The translations under genes were made by a program, and so were the position numbers. From the NCBI RefSeq assembly GCF_009914755.1, contig NC_060931.1: a stretch of 64,000 nucleotides of DNA. The stretch is one strand, 5' to 3'. The stretch's first letter is position 1. Each line of letters opens with the position of its first letter. The notes under the pieces were generated by a model that saw only the letters and a list, made by a program, of their open reading frames with translations, had not been told where the DNA came from and did no database searches. Shown in pieces: positions 18,301 to 37,689 of the stretch. This stretch comes from the human T2T-CHM13v2.0 reference genome, Homo sapiens.

Positions 18301-19231
18301 GTCAGACAGAAGAAGCCAATTTCACCAGCTTCCCGGAGGGGCCAGGGGATGGTCCTGCCTGAGCCTGGGTTCCATTCTTTGGTCCTCTGTGAGTGGCCTC
18401 ACCAACTGTATCCCAGCCTCTGTTTTCTCATCTGTGAAAGGGGGACAGCTTCCCATGGTGGAGGGAGGTGATGTGCTTTGTAAAACCCCAAGCCCCCCGA
18501 GGAGCCTGGATTTGGCGTGCTACCCTGTCCCCCTGCTGTTCTCCCCACATAGACCCCCTGCCCCAGCCGGAATGGCACCCGGAGCTCCAGCGTCAGCCGT
18601 GGACATGGTGGGGGTCCCGCTTCCTGCCGAGACCCAGCCCTTACTGCCCTTCTCAAGTCAGGCAGGAACAAGGGGGTGAGGGGACTTTCCTGGGCCATGC
18701 AGGAGTGAGAGGCCCCAGGTGGATCCCCACCCCCCACCCTGGAAGAACAGGCATGGCGAGAGGGAACCCCAGACAGTAACACCCCTTCCTCTCCGCAGAA
18801 GCCCCTATGGGACGGGCCCTGGGTGCAGCGTCTGCCCTAGCAGACCTGCCCCTGCTCCCACGCGGATACGGGCTTGCTGTGTGACTGTGGGTGTGGCCTT
18901 CTCTCTGGGCCTCAGTTTCCCTTCTCTCATCCCAAGGTTGCATTCCATGGGCCCGGGAGCCTTTTTGGGACAGACGCCGTGGTGTGACTCCAGCTGAGCT
19001 GCCCCCTTGGCCAGGGCCACCAGAGGCAGCCCCCTGCCTCCAGATCAAGAGCCCACCCACCCTCACGGGTGCCCAGGAGCTGGCCCCTGGCCTGTGGGCC
19101 GGCCTGGCTGCCTTGGTCATGGCAGGAAGGATCCATCACTGCTGCCTGATGGATGATCTGAGCCTCCTCCTGCCCGCGCCCCGTGCTGTTTCAGCTGCAG
19201 AAAAATGTTTATCACTCGGCACAGCAGCGAC

Positions 19232-19329
19232 CCTCCCTGCCTGCCTGCCTCCCTCCCTGCCTGCCTCCCTCCCTCCCTCCCTCCCTCCTTCCTTCCCTCC
19301 CTCCCTCCCTCCCTCCCTCCCTCCCTCCC
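19232..19329 (+). repeat. (CCCT/CCTG)n polypyrimidine repeat
   Basis: Direct reading. Confidence 0.95.
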
Positions 19330-19711
19330 ATGCTACGGACTCCCGGCAGACATCAGGAGGCTTTCCGGGGCTATTTTCATGATTTTAATTTTCTATTCCC
19401 CATCTCCTCTCTTCCCCCTTATTACATTTTGGGCTTTTTTGGGCTTCTGGAATGAGCATACGTTTTCCTGGTGATATTTTGTAATAAAAACCATCATTTA
19501 TGATTATTTTTCTTCCCCGCTTGCTGTCAGCCTCCCCATTGGATTTCATATGAACACGGCTTCCCGCCTGCTTTGCCTCCGAGGGCCTCCCTCTGGCCCC
19601 AGGACCCTCCTGTGTCCCTGCCCCAGCCAGCGCTGCTGCCTTCTGCTGACCACGGCTGCCGGTCTTCTGGGCTTTTCTGTTCTGTCCTTCAGATGGGTCT
19701 CACCTGCACAC

Positions 19712-20058
19712 TTTTCCTTCCTTCCTCCCTCCCTCCCTCCTTCCTTCCTTCCTTCCTTCCTTCATTCCTTCCTTCCTTCCTTTCATCAGAGTCTCACTCT
19801 GTCATCCAGGGGTACAGTGGCACAATCACAGCTCACTGCAGCCTTGAACTCCCAGGCTCAAGTGATCCTCCCACCTCAGCCTCCTGAGTAGCTGGACTAC
19901 AGGTGTGCGCCACCACACCTGGCTAACTTTTTGAAGAATTTTTTGTAGAGATGGGGTCTTGCTACATTGCCCAGGCTGGTCTTAAATTCCTGGGCTCAAG
20001 CAATCCACCCTCCTCACCTCCCAAAGCACGGGGACTATAGGCGTGTACCACTGTACCC
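19712..20058 (-). mobile_element. AluJ with a (CCTT)n-expanded tail (19712-19785)
   Basis: Microsatellite in the tail position, followed by antisense Alu body. Confidence 0.85.
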
Positions 20059-20584
20059 TGCACACCTTTCTTGGTTGCAGTGCACAGAAGGGGCTGGGGA
20101 CTCAGAGGGAATGGGGCTGCCCTGCAGGCCATGGGGTTCAGCACCCTGTGCCCCCCAACCCCAGACCTGTGGGTTCTGCAAAGCTCCTCACAAGCCAACG
20201 GGCTGCCAAGATCATCAAGGAGAGAGGTTTCCAAAAAGACCCCCGTCCTCAAACGCTACCTAAACTGTCGACATTACTCAGTGAAACAGAAGCTGGCCCA
20301 CCACCGTCTACAGCGAGACTTGGGCAGGTCCTTTCTTCTAGGTTTCCCTGTCTTTATTTGTTTATTGGAGGTGGGGTCTCACTCTGTTGCCCAGGCTGGA
20401 GTGCAGTGTTGCAATCATGGCTCACTGCAGCCTTGACCTCCTGGGTTCAAGCGATCCTCCCACCCCAGCCCCTCAAAGTGCTGGGACTGCAGGTGTGAGC
20501 CACCACATCGGGCATCCCCATCTTTAAATGGAAGCTAACTTCAGGTTATGATCCTTCCTTCATTCAGCAAACACTGAGGGCCTA

Positions 20585-21472
<888 letters not shown>

Positions 21473-22409
21473 TTATCAGTAGTAGGAGAGGTTACTATGA
21501 ATATTCATATGGCTCACATGAATATTTATGAGAACACTGCGCCGGGTCTATCTTCTCGCCCTTGGGTCCCTCCATAGCTTGCTAACTCGCTGCACCCACG
21601 GGTCTCTGTTGACCCTTGTACTCGAGCCAGCGAGGCGGCTTTCCCTCCACCGACAGAGGTCTGCCCGGCAGCCCCAGGGCTCCCTCACCCCAGGACACCC
21701 CTGGGTGGGAATCATCCCTGGCCCAGGGCTTGGCAGGTGTAGGCCCTGTCTCAGGTCTGACCCCACCTCCTGTGTAAGGGGGAGCCCCTCACCCGGCCTC
21801 AGTTTCCCTTCTGACCTCCACAGGTCCTTTTGGCCCTGAAAGGGTTTGGCCAGGCTGATGGGCTCCGGGAACAGCACGTTCTCTCTGATTCCTCTTTCCA
21901 ATGCTCCATTGTGTGGGGACAAAGCCGAGAAGCTCCGGTTCCCCAGGGGTGTGCCAGGCCAAGACTTCAGGTTACCTAGCACAGGGAACCAGAGGGGCCT
22001 CTGGTCAGGTGTCCCCGCTGGCCTCCGGGCCCACAGCCAGGGGCTGCTTGGTCAGCCGTTCCCTGGCACAGGCCAAACCGAGGTGAGCTGGGAGCACTCG
22101 GGGCAGGCAGGGGCTGCAGGGGTGGCAGGGGAAGCATTCAGACCCCAAAGCTCAAGGGTGGAGGGTGAGTGGGACCTCCGTGCCCCGGGACGTGCTGTCT
22201 GGAGGAAGTCACGCTCCACTGCTCCTGGTGGCGCGATCTTGGACAGGTCACGCTTCTCTGTGCCTTGGTGTTGCTCTCTGCCGTGCCTTCCCCAGGTGTG
22301 TTCAAGGTGGGGCCACCCTTGGCAAATGTGGATGCTCTGTGTGGGGGACCCCCCACTCTGAGGGCATTTGGCCATTTGTCCAGAGTGGACCCAGCTGGGG
22401 GAGCAGTGA

Positions 22410-23031
<622 letters not shown>

Positions 23032-25142
23032 TCTCTGCATATCCGATTCTCACTGGGCTTGTGAGCCGTGGGCATGCTGGGTCCCCCTCCCTTCCTGGGT
23101 GCCCAGCCTCCCCTCCCCAGGGGATGGACCCTCCTCCAGGGAAGCCAGGGGCCCTTCCTCAGGGATCCATAGACTGGCTGCAATTTTCAAGGAGTGTAAG
23201 CCCTGCCCAGCGCCTTCCAGAGAGTTCCAAGACCCTGGGACCCCTGGGGTCATCTTCTCCCGAGGTCTCCTCTCCACTGAAGCATGACTATGATCTGGGA
23301 GCCTTACTGAGTCTCTGGATTCTGGGGGCCACGGTGTGAGATCTGATTCCTCCCTTGCAAGTTAGCAAATTAGAGGCTGTGGGAAGTCCTGATCTCTCCA
23401 CCCGAGCTTCCCAAACAGACGCTGGCCCCTCTCCTTTGGTGCTTGGCTCTGACCTCAGCGGTGGAAGTTCAGAGGGCTCCAGCGCTCGCCCAAGGTCACA
23501 GAGCCAGCGAGTGGGGCTCCAGCTGGGGTCTGGGCCCACCTCACTCACAGCCTGAGCTTACAGCCACCATCCGGGGTGGAGGACAGATGGAGGTCCCTCG
23601 CACCGGGGCTTTCTGCACGGGCTGACCCCAGCGAGCTTCGTAGCTCGGGCCCAGCCTGCTGGTGTCGTTTGCCTAAATGTGTTCAACCTCGTCTTCCCAT
23701 GAGACCGACACGGCCACCGCCAACATCTGCGGGGACAATGACAGAGGAATGCCTAATGAGGGCCCGGCGTGGCCCCGCCACGGAGCGCAGGCTGGGACAG
23801 ATGGTCTATCATTACCCATTTTTATTAATTACTGCTCCCCGTGCTGCGATTGGCTCCAACGGCTCAGGCACGTTGGACGCGCTGTGGCCGCAGCTATTCT
23901 GGAAGGAAGAAACGGCCCTTCATTTAGCACAGCGTGCCTTTCCTCCCAGCTTCCTCAGAGGCCACAGGCATTTTTGGCTCAGCGAGGTCCCTGGGGAACT
24001 AGGCTGTGCGGAGGGAGGAGTGTGCAGCTGCCACCTGACTGATGAGAAGGGGCGGAGGGGCTGGTGCGGGGAGAGGCAGAGAGCCCCTGTGACTCCAGCC
24101 TGGAGCGAGGCCCTGCGGGGAGACCCGGGACCTCTGCAGACCTGGCCCAGACCACATCTGCATCCCACAGGCTTGGGCCGTTGGCCTCAGGGAAACTTGG
24201 GGCCCGCGGACCCCGCTGCTGCCACGGAGTTTGTGCCTTACCTGGGTTTGTGCTCGTGGGCGTTGATCTGGGTTGAGGGCCGCAGCCTCGCTCCTGTTTA
24301 TAGACACTCGGGGTCCCAGCCCAATCTGCCCCAGGGGCTCCCTGAGGCTCTGGGGTCCTACAGACCTGGGTCAGAAGCCCCACACGGGCTCCAGCTTGCA
24401 GGGATGCTGGGTGAGTCCCTCCCTGCCTGTGGGCTTTGCACTCCTGCCTGCAGAATGGGGGTGCAGAAGCACCTCCTCATCAAATGCTCAGGTGGCTTGA
24501 GTGAGCCGATGCCCAGGGCCTGCCCGCCTTGGGGGATGCCCAGGACACCCACACTGCCATCCAAGTTTGGCTTTGGGCGAGTTCCCAGCTGCCTGCAGCT
24601 CTGTCTCCTCTCCGAGAGGCGGTCATGTTCTGCCTGCCCTCCAAAACAAAGGGGATGGAAATGCGTTGGGGTGAGAAGGACCTACCCGGTCAGACCGTCC
24701 AGGCTGGGCGAGGACCAGGGCGGAGGGCTGGGGCGCCCTGTGAGGTGCTGTGTCTCCCTGCCTGCCAGGACGCCGAGTTCCCCACTGACCGGCCTTCGTA
24801 TGGGCCCGTTAGCATGGGAGATAATGGGACGTGAAGCACGAGGTTTCTAGTCAATACAGAGGAGCTGGGAGGCTTTTTATATCTTGTTCTGTCACCCTGG
24901 CCAGGCGTTTTATCTGCTGCCTGCTTGACAGCCTGTCACAGAGCCAGGCCCTGCCGGAGTCCTGGCCCAGCCTGTCCCGGGGAGGGGGGTGGCGGGGAGG
25001 CTGCCTGCGGAGCGGAGCCGGCAGAGCCCTGAGCAGCGCCTGCAAGAGGAGCTCCCGTTGCGGGACCAAGCGAGCCCTTGGCCCAGCTCCACAGCAGGCT
25101 GCACCCCCGGAGCCCCCAGCGTGGAGTCAGGAAGGCCCCATC

Positions 25143-25525
25143 TGTGTGAGTCTGCTCTGACCACAGTAATACACCCCACAGACCAGGCAGCTTACACTAC
25201 AGGAATTTATCGTCTCCCATTCTGGAGGCTGGAAGTCCGAGATCAAGGTACGGGCAGGGCTGCCTTCTCCTGAATCCTCAGCCCGTGGCTTGCAGATGGC
25301 ATCATCTCCCTGTGTCCTCACCGGGCTGTCCCTCTGTGCGTGTCTGTCCTGATCTCCTCTTCTTACAAGGACACCCGTCTGATTGGATTAGGACCCACCC
25401 GTATGACCTCATCTCGTCTTAGTCACGTCTTCAAAGGCCCCGTCTCCAAACACAGCCCCATTCTGAGGTCCTGGGGGTCCAGGCTTCAGCATTTGAGCTT
25501 CGGGGGCACCAAGCAGCCCGTAACA
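25143..25525 (-). mobile_element. MaLR solo LTR (MLT1A/B-like)
   Basis: TTCTGGAGGCTGGAAGTCCGAGATCAAGGT, TCTTCTTACAAGGACACC, GATTGGATTAGGACCCACCC; ends CAGCCCGTAACA. Confidence 0.82.
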
Positions 25526-25957
25526 CCCCCCTCTTCCTGGGAAGTCCTCTTCCTGGCACCTCCTGACCCTTCCCGAGTGACTCAGGGCAGACCCCTTCCG
25601 CTCCCAGCCTCCATGACCTGCAAGGATGGTGTGACGATGGGCCAGGATCATCAGGGTCATTTATCTGCCAGCTTGAAATGCTGCACTTATGGGAGCCTGC
25701 AGGTGACGGGAAGGGTGGAGAAGGGGCCGGGCCCCGCAGAATGTCTGCGGCATGGACGCTGGAGCCCAACGCCTGTGCCTGGCCCCCAGCTGTGCCACAT
25801 ACGGGCCATGTGACCATCAGCAAGTTATATGACCTCCCTGGATCTCACGTCCTCATTTGGCAAACAGGGATAGTCGTGATCCCTCCCTTAGGGCCGGTGC
25901 TTGGAAAGAATGAACGAACATGGGTAAGGTGTGCCTGGTGAGCGCTGTCTGGGCTGA

Positions 25958-26272
<315 letters not shown>

Positions 26273-28952
26273 GGGGAGATTATTTGGGGTGGAGTGGGCC
26301 TCAAACCCTGGGGAAACATTTGTGCTAAGTTCCATGGGCAGCTTTGGGGATTTGCTCCACAAGGACTCCCGAGAGATCAGTGTCCGCAGGGTGACACCGG
26401 TGGCTGGGTGACCAGGAGAGGTAGAGGGGAGATGGGGCCTTTGCTGAGACCCTGTGGAGGTGATGAGGTTGGAGGAGAGGCCATGTGGAGGAGACCAGCT
26501 AAGAGCAAGGAGGGGACGGCCTCAGGGACCACACTGTCTGGTGCAGTGAGGGGCGCTCATCCCTCCCCGGCACACAGCCCGGTGAGTAAATTTTGGTGCA
26601 CAAAGCCAGCAGCTGCCACAGCTGGGCAGTAGTGAGCTCCCTAGCGTTGGAGGAAATCAAGCACATCCTGATGCTCACTGAGTGGGGAGACTTGATGGGA
26701 GAAACAGGAAGACCAGCATCATGGAGGGGTGGATTTTATTCTTATCAAAAGCAGTGGGGGGAGTTTCGAGTCCTGGGAAGAAGCACTGGAGGAGATGGCT
26801 TTTGGAGTCCAGGGATGGATCCCCAGTAGCTGCCCCATTTTCTGCATGAATTCGTGCTTTCATGGAGGCCCAGGGGCCGGGCAGCACAAGTCAGGCTGTG
26901 GGCTCAGGGTCCACACACCAGCAACCCTGGAGGAAGTGATTTCTCTGGAGTCAGCTTCTGGTGGGATCTGAGGTTTGCAGCCGTCGATCTGGCCTCAGAG
27001 CTGAACCTCTGCCCTGCAGAGGCACCGAATGCCCACCGAGGGGCGGCTTTCAGGGCCAGCGTGCCCCGAGCCAGGCAGATGAGGCTGGTTAGGAATGGAG
27101 GCCACTGTCATTTACTGCCTCTGACCCTAGGGATCAGGCCAGAACCAGGGAGCTCCTGCCAAGGAGACGGACATGGAGGTGCCGGCTCCCCTCCCGGAGG
27201 AAGCCTGATCGATCCCCGCTGCCGCAGAGCCCTGCAGAGCTCCTACTTAGGCCTGGTTGTCCATCACGATGCGGGCTTGGAGCGAGTGGCCTTCCCATGG
27301 GAGACGCAGGGGAAGGCCCGCTGCAGGAGAAGGGGAACTGAAGTAGGGGCCGGGGCTGGGCCAGTCCACTTGGCAAGGACGTGGCTTGCAGGGGGTGCTG
27401 AGACCTTGGCCTTTTGCCAAAGCACCCCGCTCCCTGGAGCCACCTGCCCACCCCTCCCCCAGGCTGGTTCGGCCCCAGCCAGGTAGGTCCAAAGTCCTGT
27501 GCTGCCGGAGTGGAGTCTAATAAGCCCCTCCTGGCAAGGGGCTCACCACCAAGGCACCCCACGATGACGGCTCAGGCAGTGGGCCCACGGACAGGTGCCT
27601 GAAAAAGCCCAGGACCCCTAAGCTGAGGCTGAAGGACAGAGGCGTGGGAGAAGCCAGCCAAGGCTCGGGAGGGCACCCCAGGCGGAGGCACCAGCATGAG
27701 TCAAGGCCCGGAGGGGAGCGCTAGATACAGCCCTGGGTCCTCAGGCCGAGGATGGGGACTTTTTCTGAGAACATGAGGGTTTCCAGATTGGAATGTTGGA
27801 AGGCTGGGCTCCAGTCACAGCCTGAGGGAGGCTTGATTGGAGCAGGCAGGAATGGAGGCCCAGAGAATCTTGCACGGTGAAGCGGGCGGAGCCAGGCAGC
27901 TGCCACCCCAGGCACACACGGGCACACACCTCCTCCTCCCCCTCCCATGTTCTCTAGACCTGCCCCAGGCTTCTCCGAGCGGTGACCAGGCCCCTGGGGA
28001 GGGGCTGAAATCTGGAGGCGGGCATGGTGTTCCCAGAGAACATGGTGGGGTGGGGACTTACGCTCAGTGAACCCACGTTTCTAAATGCCAAATCTACTCT
28101 AAACTCCAAAGGGGGTTGGAGTTCTTGTCTCTGCAGAAGGGCAGATCAGGGAACTATTCAGGGGGAGGGGGGGCAGAACCTAGAGGCCGATTCATTGTCC
28201 AGGTTGAGTCAGGAACCCTGGGGTAGGCCCAGCTTTGGGAGGACAGAGGACCTTGGGGTGGCAGGAGAAGGGAGGGTCAAAAGTGCATCAAGGGGTAAGG
28301 CCAACCCATGTAGCCTCAGAGAACTGAGATGGGGACTCGGAACCTGAGGTCTGCCCCGAGCAGGAGGTCCTGGGCAACTGCAGTCTTGCCCTTGGGTGGG
28401 GGAGGCCCTGCCCAAAAGATGGGGTGGAGAGAGTGAGGGGAGCGCCCCCATCAGGGGTCGGACTTTTCCCTGAAACTTGACTCTCAATGCTTTTCTAAGT
28501 GATTAAAAGTCCCCCTAACCAACAATACCCATGTCAAACAACGCCTCCTCCAGGAAGCCACCCTGGGTTGCCTGGGATGGAGATCAGCTCCCTCTTGGTA
28601 TTTGTGGCACCAGCTTGCTGTGGGGAATATTAGTGCCCAGGCTGGGTGATCTTAGGCAAAGGACTTGACATCTCTGAGCCTCAATACCACCTGACTGTCA
28701 AAGGACTAATAAAGTCAAGCTCCAGGGCTGGTGAAGGAACTGAGACGGGGATTATCATGAGCTAAACTGTGTCCCCCAAAGGACACGCTGATGTCCTATC
28801 CCCAGTATGTGACCTTATTTGGAGACATGGTCTTTACAGAGGTGATTAAGTTAAAATGTTCTGGGGTGGGCCCTGATCCAGTGTGCCTGGTGTTCTTATG
28901 AAGAGGGAACATTTCAGCCGGGTGTGGTGGCACATGCCTGTGGTCCCAGCTA

Positions 28953-29376
<424 letters not shown>

Positions 29377-29383
29377 TCGATTA

Positions 29384-29693
<310 letters not shown>

Positions 29694-30157
29694 AATTATT
29701 TTTTTAAAGGAGGAAATTTGTGCACAGACAGACGTGTACAGAGGAAAGACGTCCCTGTGACTGAGTGACGTGTCTTCCAGCCACGGAGCACCAAGGCTTG
29801 CTCAGGGATGCTGGAAGAGGCAGGAAGGATCCTCCCCAAGAGCTATGAGAGGGAGCGCGGCCCTGCCAATCCCTTGATTTTGGACTTTGGGCCTCCAGAG
29901 CTGTGAAAGAGCAGACACCTGTTGTCTTAAGCCCCCCAACGTGTGGCAATGTGTTATGGTGGCCCCAGGACGCAGATACAGGGACAGATGTGGGCTCCCT
30001 GCAGAAATGCTATGAGCTCCTTGTGGTGTTACCCCAGCAGCCCCTGTCACCTGCCCCTGTCTGTGTGCCCTGAAGTCAGACTCACGGCACCTTGTTGGCC
30101 CAGCCCCAGGTGCTCCATGTAGATGCTGATAGGTGATGGAGGAAAGAAATAGGGTGA

Positions 30158-30685
30158 TCACACATGCATGCATATACATGTATGGACAAGCATGCAGGCA
30201 TGCACACAGGCACATGTGCACATACATGCAGGCACATGCACACAAGGGCACGTACATGTGTACACACATGCAGGAATTCACACACACGCACAGGAACACA
30301 GGCACATGCATGTGCACAAGCATGCAGGCATGTTCACATAGGCACACACATACGTACATGCAGGCACACACACAAGGGCACATGCATGTGTGCACAGACA
30401 GACATGCTCACATATATACATGCGCAGGTGCACAAGACGTGCACACAGGCAGACATGCTCACATATACACACATACACAGGTGCACACAGGTACATACTG
30501 TGCACACAAGCAGATATGCTCACATACGCACAGGTGCACAAGACATACTTGTGAACACACATGCAGACATGCTCACATACTCATACATGCACAGGCACAC
30601 ACAGGTACATACCTGTGCACATAGAGACATGTTCACACGCATGCACACAGGCACACACACACTTGCAGTATGTGCGTGGACACAG
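30158..30685 (+). repeat. Degenerate (CA/CATG)n simple repeat
   Basis: Direct reading; the source of the His/Thr/Met/Cys pseudo-ORFs. Confidence 0.93.
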
Positions 30686-31682
30686 GCCCAGATTAGCACC
30701 CTGCTAGAGATGGAGACCAGCCCCCACGCAGACCCCGCCCTGCCTGCCCATCCAGCTCCTGGAGCCAGCGGGCGTCTGCGCCCCAGTGTTTGGCTGCAGT
30801 GAGTCAGGCCTTGGGGAGCAATGCGCCATGCTCAGCTCTGGGAGCGGGCCAGGGCACTGGTCCTGGGGCTAAGGCCCAGCGTGTACAGGCTGTTTGCTGA
30901 GGGCGTGCTTTGAGGAAGAGCATACCCGGGTTCCAAAGCGCCTACAGTGAACATCTACTGTGTACAAAAGTGACAGTGATGATGAGACCAGCCTGATCCC
31001 CGAGGGGCTCACAGAGGGAAGCCGGGGAGGAGGGAAGACAAGTCCTGAGGCCCCACTTCATCATAACAGCAGGAGGGGTGCACTGAGCTCAAGGCCACGT
31101 TCACAGGTGGCTGCTGACAGTGCCTCCATCTCCACCCAGGGACCCCACAGCGTGGAGGCTGAGGCCCCTCTACCATTTCCTTACCACTCCTAGACATCAC
31201 GGGTCTCTCCCTCCAAGTGAAACATCCTGGCGGTTGAAACTTGTTTTAAGAAATAAGATACCTCCGGGCGCAGTCCACGTAGGAGCCTGCAAAATGTCAC
31301 TCCTGTTATCTTCTCATTTAGCCCTATTTCAGTCTGAATAAAGCAGAATGAATCACAGGGGACCAGGTGAGCAGAGCCCGAGGCCTGGGCCATTTGCCTT
31401 CATCACTGAGGAGGCCGTCTGCACCCCAGCCTTCAGCATGCAGGGGGAGCGAAGGGGGTGCCCAGCCTCGCCCCGCCCAGCGCACCCCTGCAGCAGCCCG
31501 GGAGGGCAGGCCGTGGCTCCTGGGAACACGGCGCCCAGCTGCAATCCACATTGCTGCTAGTGAATATGGACAATTCAGAGACATGAAATAAGGCAGACAG
31601 AGAAAAAGCATCGGTGACTCTGCCAGGCTACATATGTGTGTGCGTGTCTGCATATATATACACACACGTGTATACGCACACA

Positions 31683-32026
31683 CAGAGCCACACATCACTC
31701 AACGACAGGGACACGTTCTGAGAAATACATGGTTCCGTGATTTTGTCATCGCGCGTACATCCTAGAGTGACTCACACGAACGCAGATGGCGGAGCCTACC
31801 CCACGCCTGGGCCTCGCGGTACAGCCTGTGGCTCCGGGGCTACACACCCGCACGGCAGGTGACTGCACTGAACACTGTAGGCAGCTGCAACACAAGGACA
31901 AGTCTTTGTGTTTCTAAACACATCTAAACTCAGAGAAGGTGCAGTAAAAATAGGGTATTATACTCTTCTGGGACCACCATTGCAAATGTGGTCCATTGGT
32001 TACCAAAGTGTCTGTGTGTTGTGTGT
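31683..32026. mobile_element. Tigger3a/MER7A-type DNA transposon (MITE)
   Basis: AACGACAGGGACACGTTCTGAGAAAT, CTGAACACTGTAGGCA, CAGTAAAAATA..TATTATA..TGGGACCACC, colinear with the Tigger3a consensus as recalled. Confidence 0.82.
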
Positions 32027-32038
32027 ATACATACGTAA

Positions 32039-32497
<459 letters not shown>

Positions 32498-33064
32498 TAA
32501 TCTGCTGTCTCCTCACCTAATGTTAGATCCCATGGCTTGTCTCTGACACAAGACGCCAACGAAGATCGGCATTTCTGCAACCTCTGGCTTCCAGGAAGGC
32601 TGCCTCCCTCCCCAACTTCCTCTGATCATCGTGCGGCTGAGGAACAGATGGGGAACCAGGTGCACAGAGAGGTATGGCCACCTTCACGGGGTCACACAGG
32701 TGAGCAGCTGCGGAGGCCAGAGCTGAGGCCACCAGGGAGCTCCTTGGGTGTCCAAAGGCTTAAAAAATTCTGGTTGCCTTCCTCAGGCTGAGAAATGATA
32801 TGGTGGGTGATGCAGATGAGGGTCCAGGGTGCCTGCCCTGGGGAGCATGATGAGCAGATGGCGGTGCAGCCACACGTGGAGGACTCAGCTCCCAGAGCAA
32901 TAAAGGGACACCTACGCCATGCATGAGGCTGGGAGACTGTGCAGGGGGAAGAAGTCACTCGCCAGGAGCCCAGGTGTGTGGAATTCTGGAACAGACTAGA
33001 TCTACCCTGGACTAACCTGGACTGGAACTAACAGACTAGAACTAACTAGAACGAATTCTAGAAC

Positions 33065-33830
33065 TAACCTACGGTGGAAAACATCAGAATGGCAGTGGCT
33101 TCTGGGGGCCAGAGGTAGGAAGGCACTGGGCAGGGGTATGCAGCAACATTTTGGGGGCATTGTCTTTTTTATTTTTCAGAGGAAGGGTCTTGCTCTGTTG
33201 CCCAGGCTGGAGTGCAGTGGCTCAATCATGGCTCACTGCAGTCTTGACCTCCTGGGTTCAAGCCATCCTCCCACCTCAGCCTCCTGAATAGCTGGGACCA
33301 CAGGCATGTGCTGCTACACCTGGCTCATTTTTTTATTTTTGTAGAGATGGGGCCTCCCTGCATTGCCCAGGCTGGTCTTCAACTCCTGGGCTCCAGTGAT
33401 CCTCCCACCTCTGCCTCCCAAAGTGTTGGAATTATAGGCGTGAGCCACCGCACCCGGCCTGATGTCTGTCTCTTGATAAGGGTTTGGGCTGCAGAAGTGG
33501 TCCGTTAGTCAGAGCATTCAGTGGCTCCTTCAGAGTTATACATTTCATGGTATGTGAATTTTACTCAAAGCAATAAAAAATCTGAAACGAATATTGAACT
33601 CTAGATCATGACATGCAGTCGGCCGGTTAAGGGGGAGAGAGTACTGGTGCCTGCAACTTGGAAAGAGATTGATTATGGGTGGGCAGAGGGACAGAGAAAC
33701 AAGATGAAGCGGGTCTAGCGAAACGTCAGTTGTGGAATAACAGGTGATAGCATCTGGGTGCTCACTGTGAAATCATCTCAACTTTTCCAGATGTTTGAAA
33801 CATTTCAAAGTTCAATATGAAAAGCAATGA
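33065..33830 (+). mobile_element. Ancient L1 3'UTR fragment, interrupted by an AluJ (33165-33460, minus)
   Basis: AACCTACGGTGGAAAACATCAGAAT..GTGGCTTCTGGG and AACTTTTCCAGATGTTTGAAA. Confidence 0.65.
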
Positions 33831-34129
33831 AAAAGAATCTGGGCTTTGCAGACAAACTGCTGGGAGGTGGCCACGGCCCAGTATCTGTGTGGTCCTGGGT
33901 GGGTTTCTCAGCCTCACGGTGCCTCAGGGTCCTGACTGTTAAGTGTGGGTGGTAATAGCACCGCTGCCCACGGCGTGGGTGAATTAACACAGGCAGGGCA
34001 CTTAGACAGTGCCTGGCACACAGCAGGTGCTTAATAAATGTGCCCTTTGTTGATGTTATTCCTCAGCCCTGAAAGTATCAGCCACGTGTCCTCCAGCTAC
34101 TCAGAGATGCTGAGGAACAGCTGGGATTT

Positions 34130-37021
<2,892 letters not shown>

Positions 37022-37286
37022 TCAGTTTTGTCACCTGTAAAAGGGGGAAGGAAGGATTCACCTCCCTGGGTTACAGTGGGAACCAGATGAGATGATAGAA
37101 AACAATTTTCCATTTTCATTTTCACATTGAAATTTATTATAAAGGAACATGTCTGCACATTGCACAGAATTCAAATGGCATTACAGGGGCATATGGGGAA
37201 AAGTCTCATTTTCTGGGGTGATGGGAATGTTCAGTATTTTGATGGAGGTAGTGATGGCAACCATTGTCCACATTTGTCCAATTTCA

Positions 37287-37688
<402 letters not shown>

Positions 37689-37689
37689 G

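Noticed and set aside
23576-24850. Longest ORF (424 aa)
   Set aside because: GTG start, Pro/Gly/Arg/Cys-rich composition with no recognisable domain, and partial overlap with MIR-like sequence; expected by chance in GC-rich DNA.
29802-30802. His/Thr or Cys/Val/Met-rich ORFs
   Set aside because: Translations of the (CA/TG) simple repeat.
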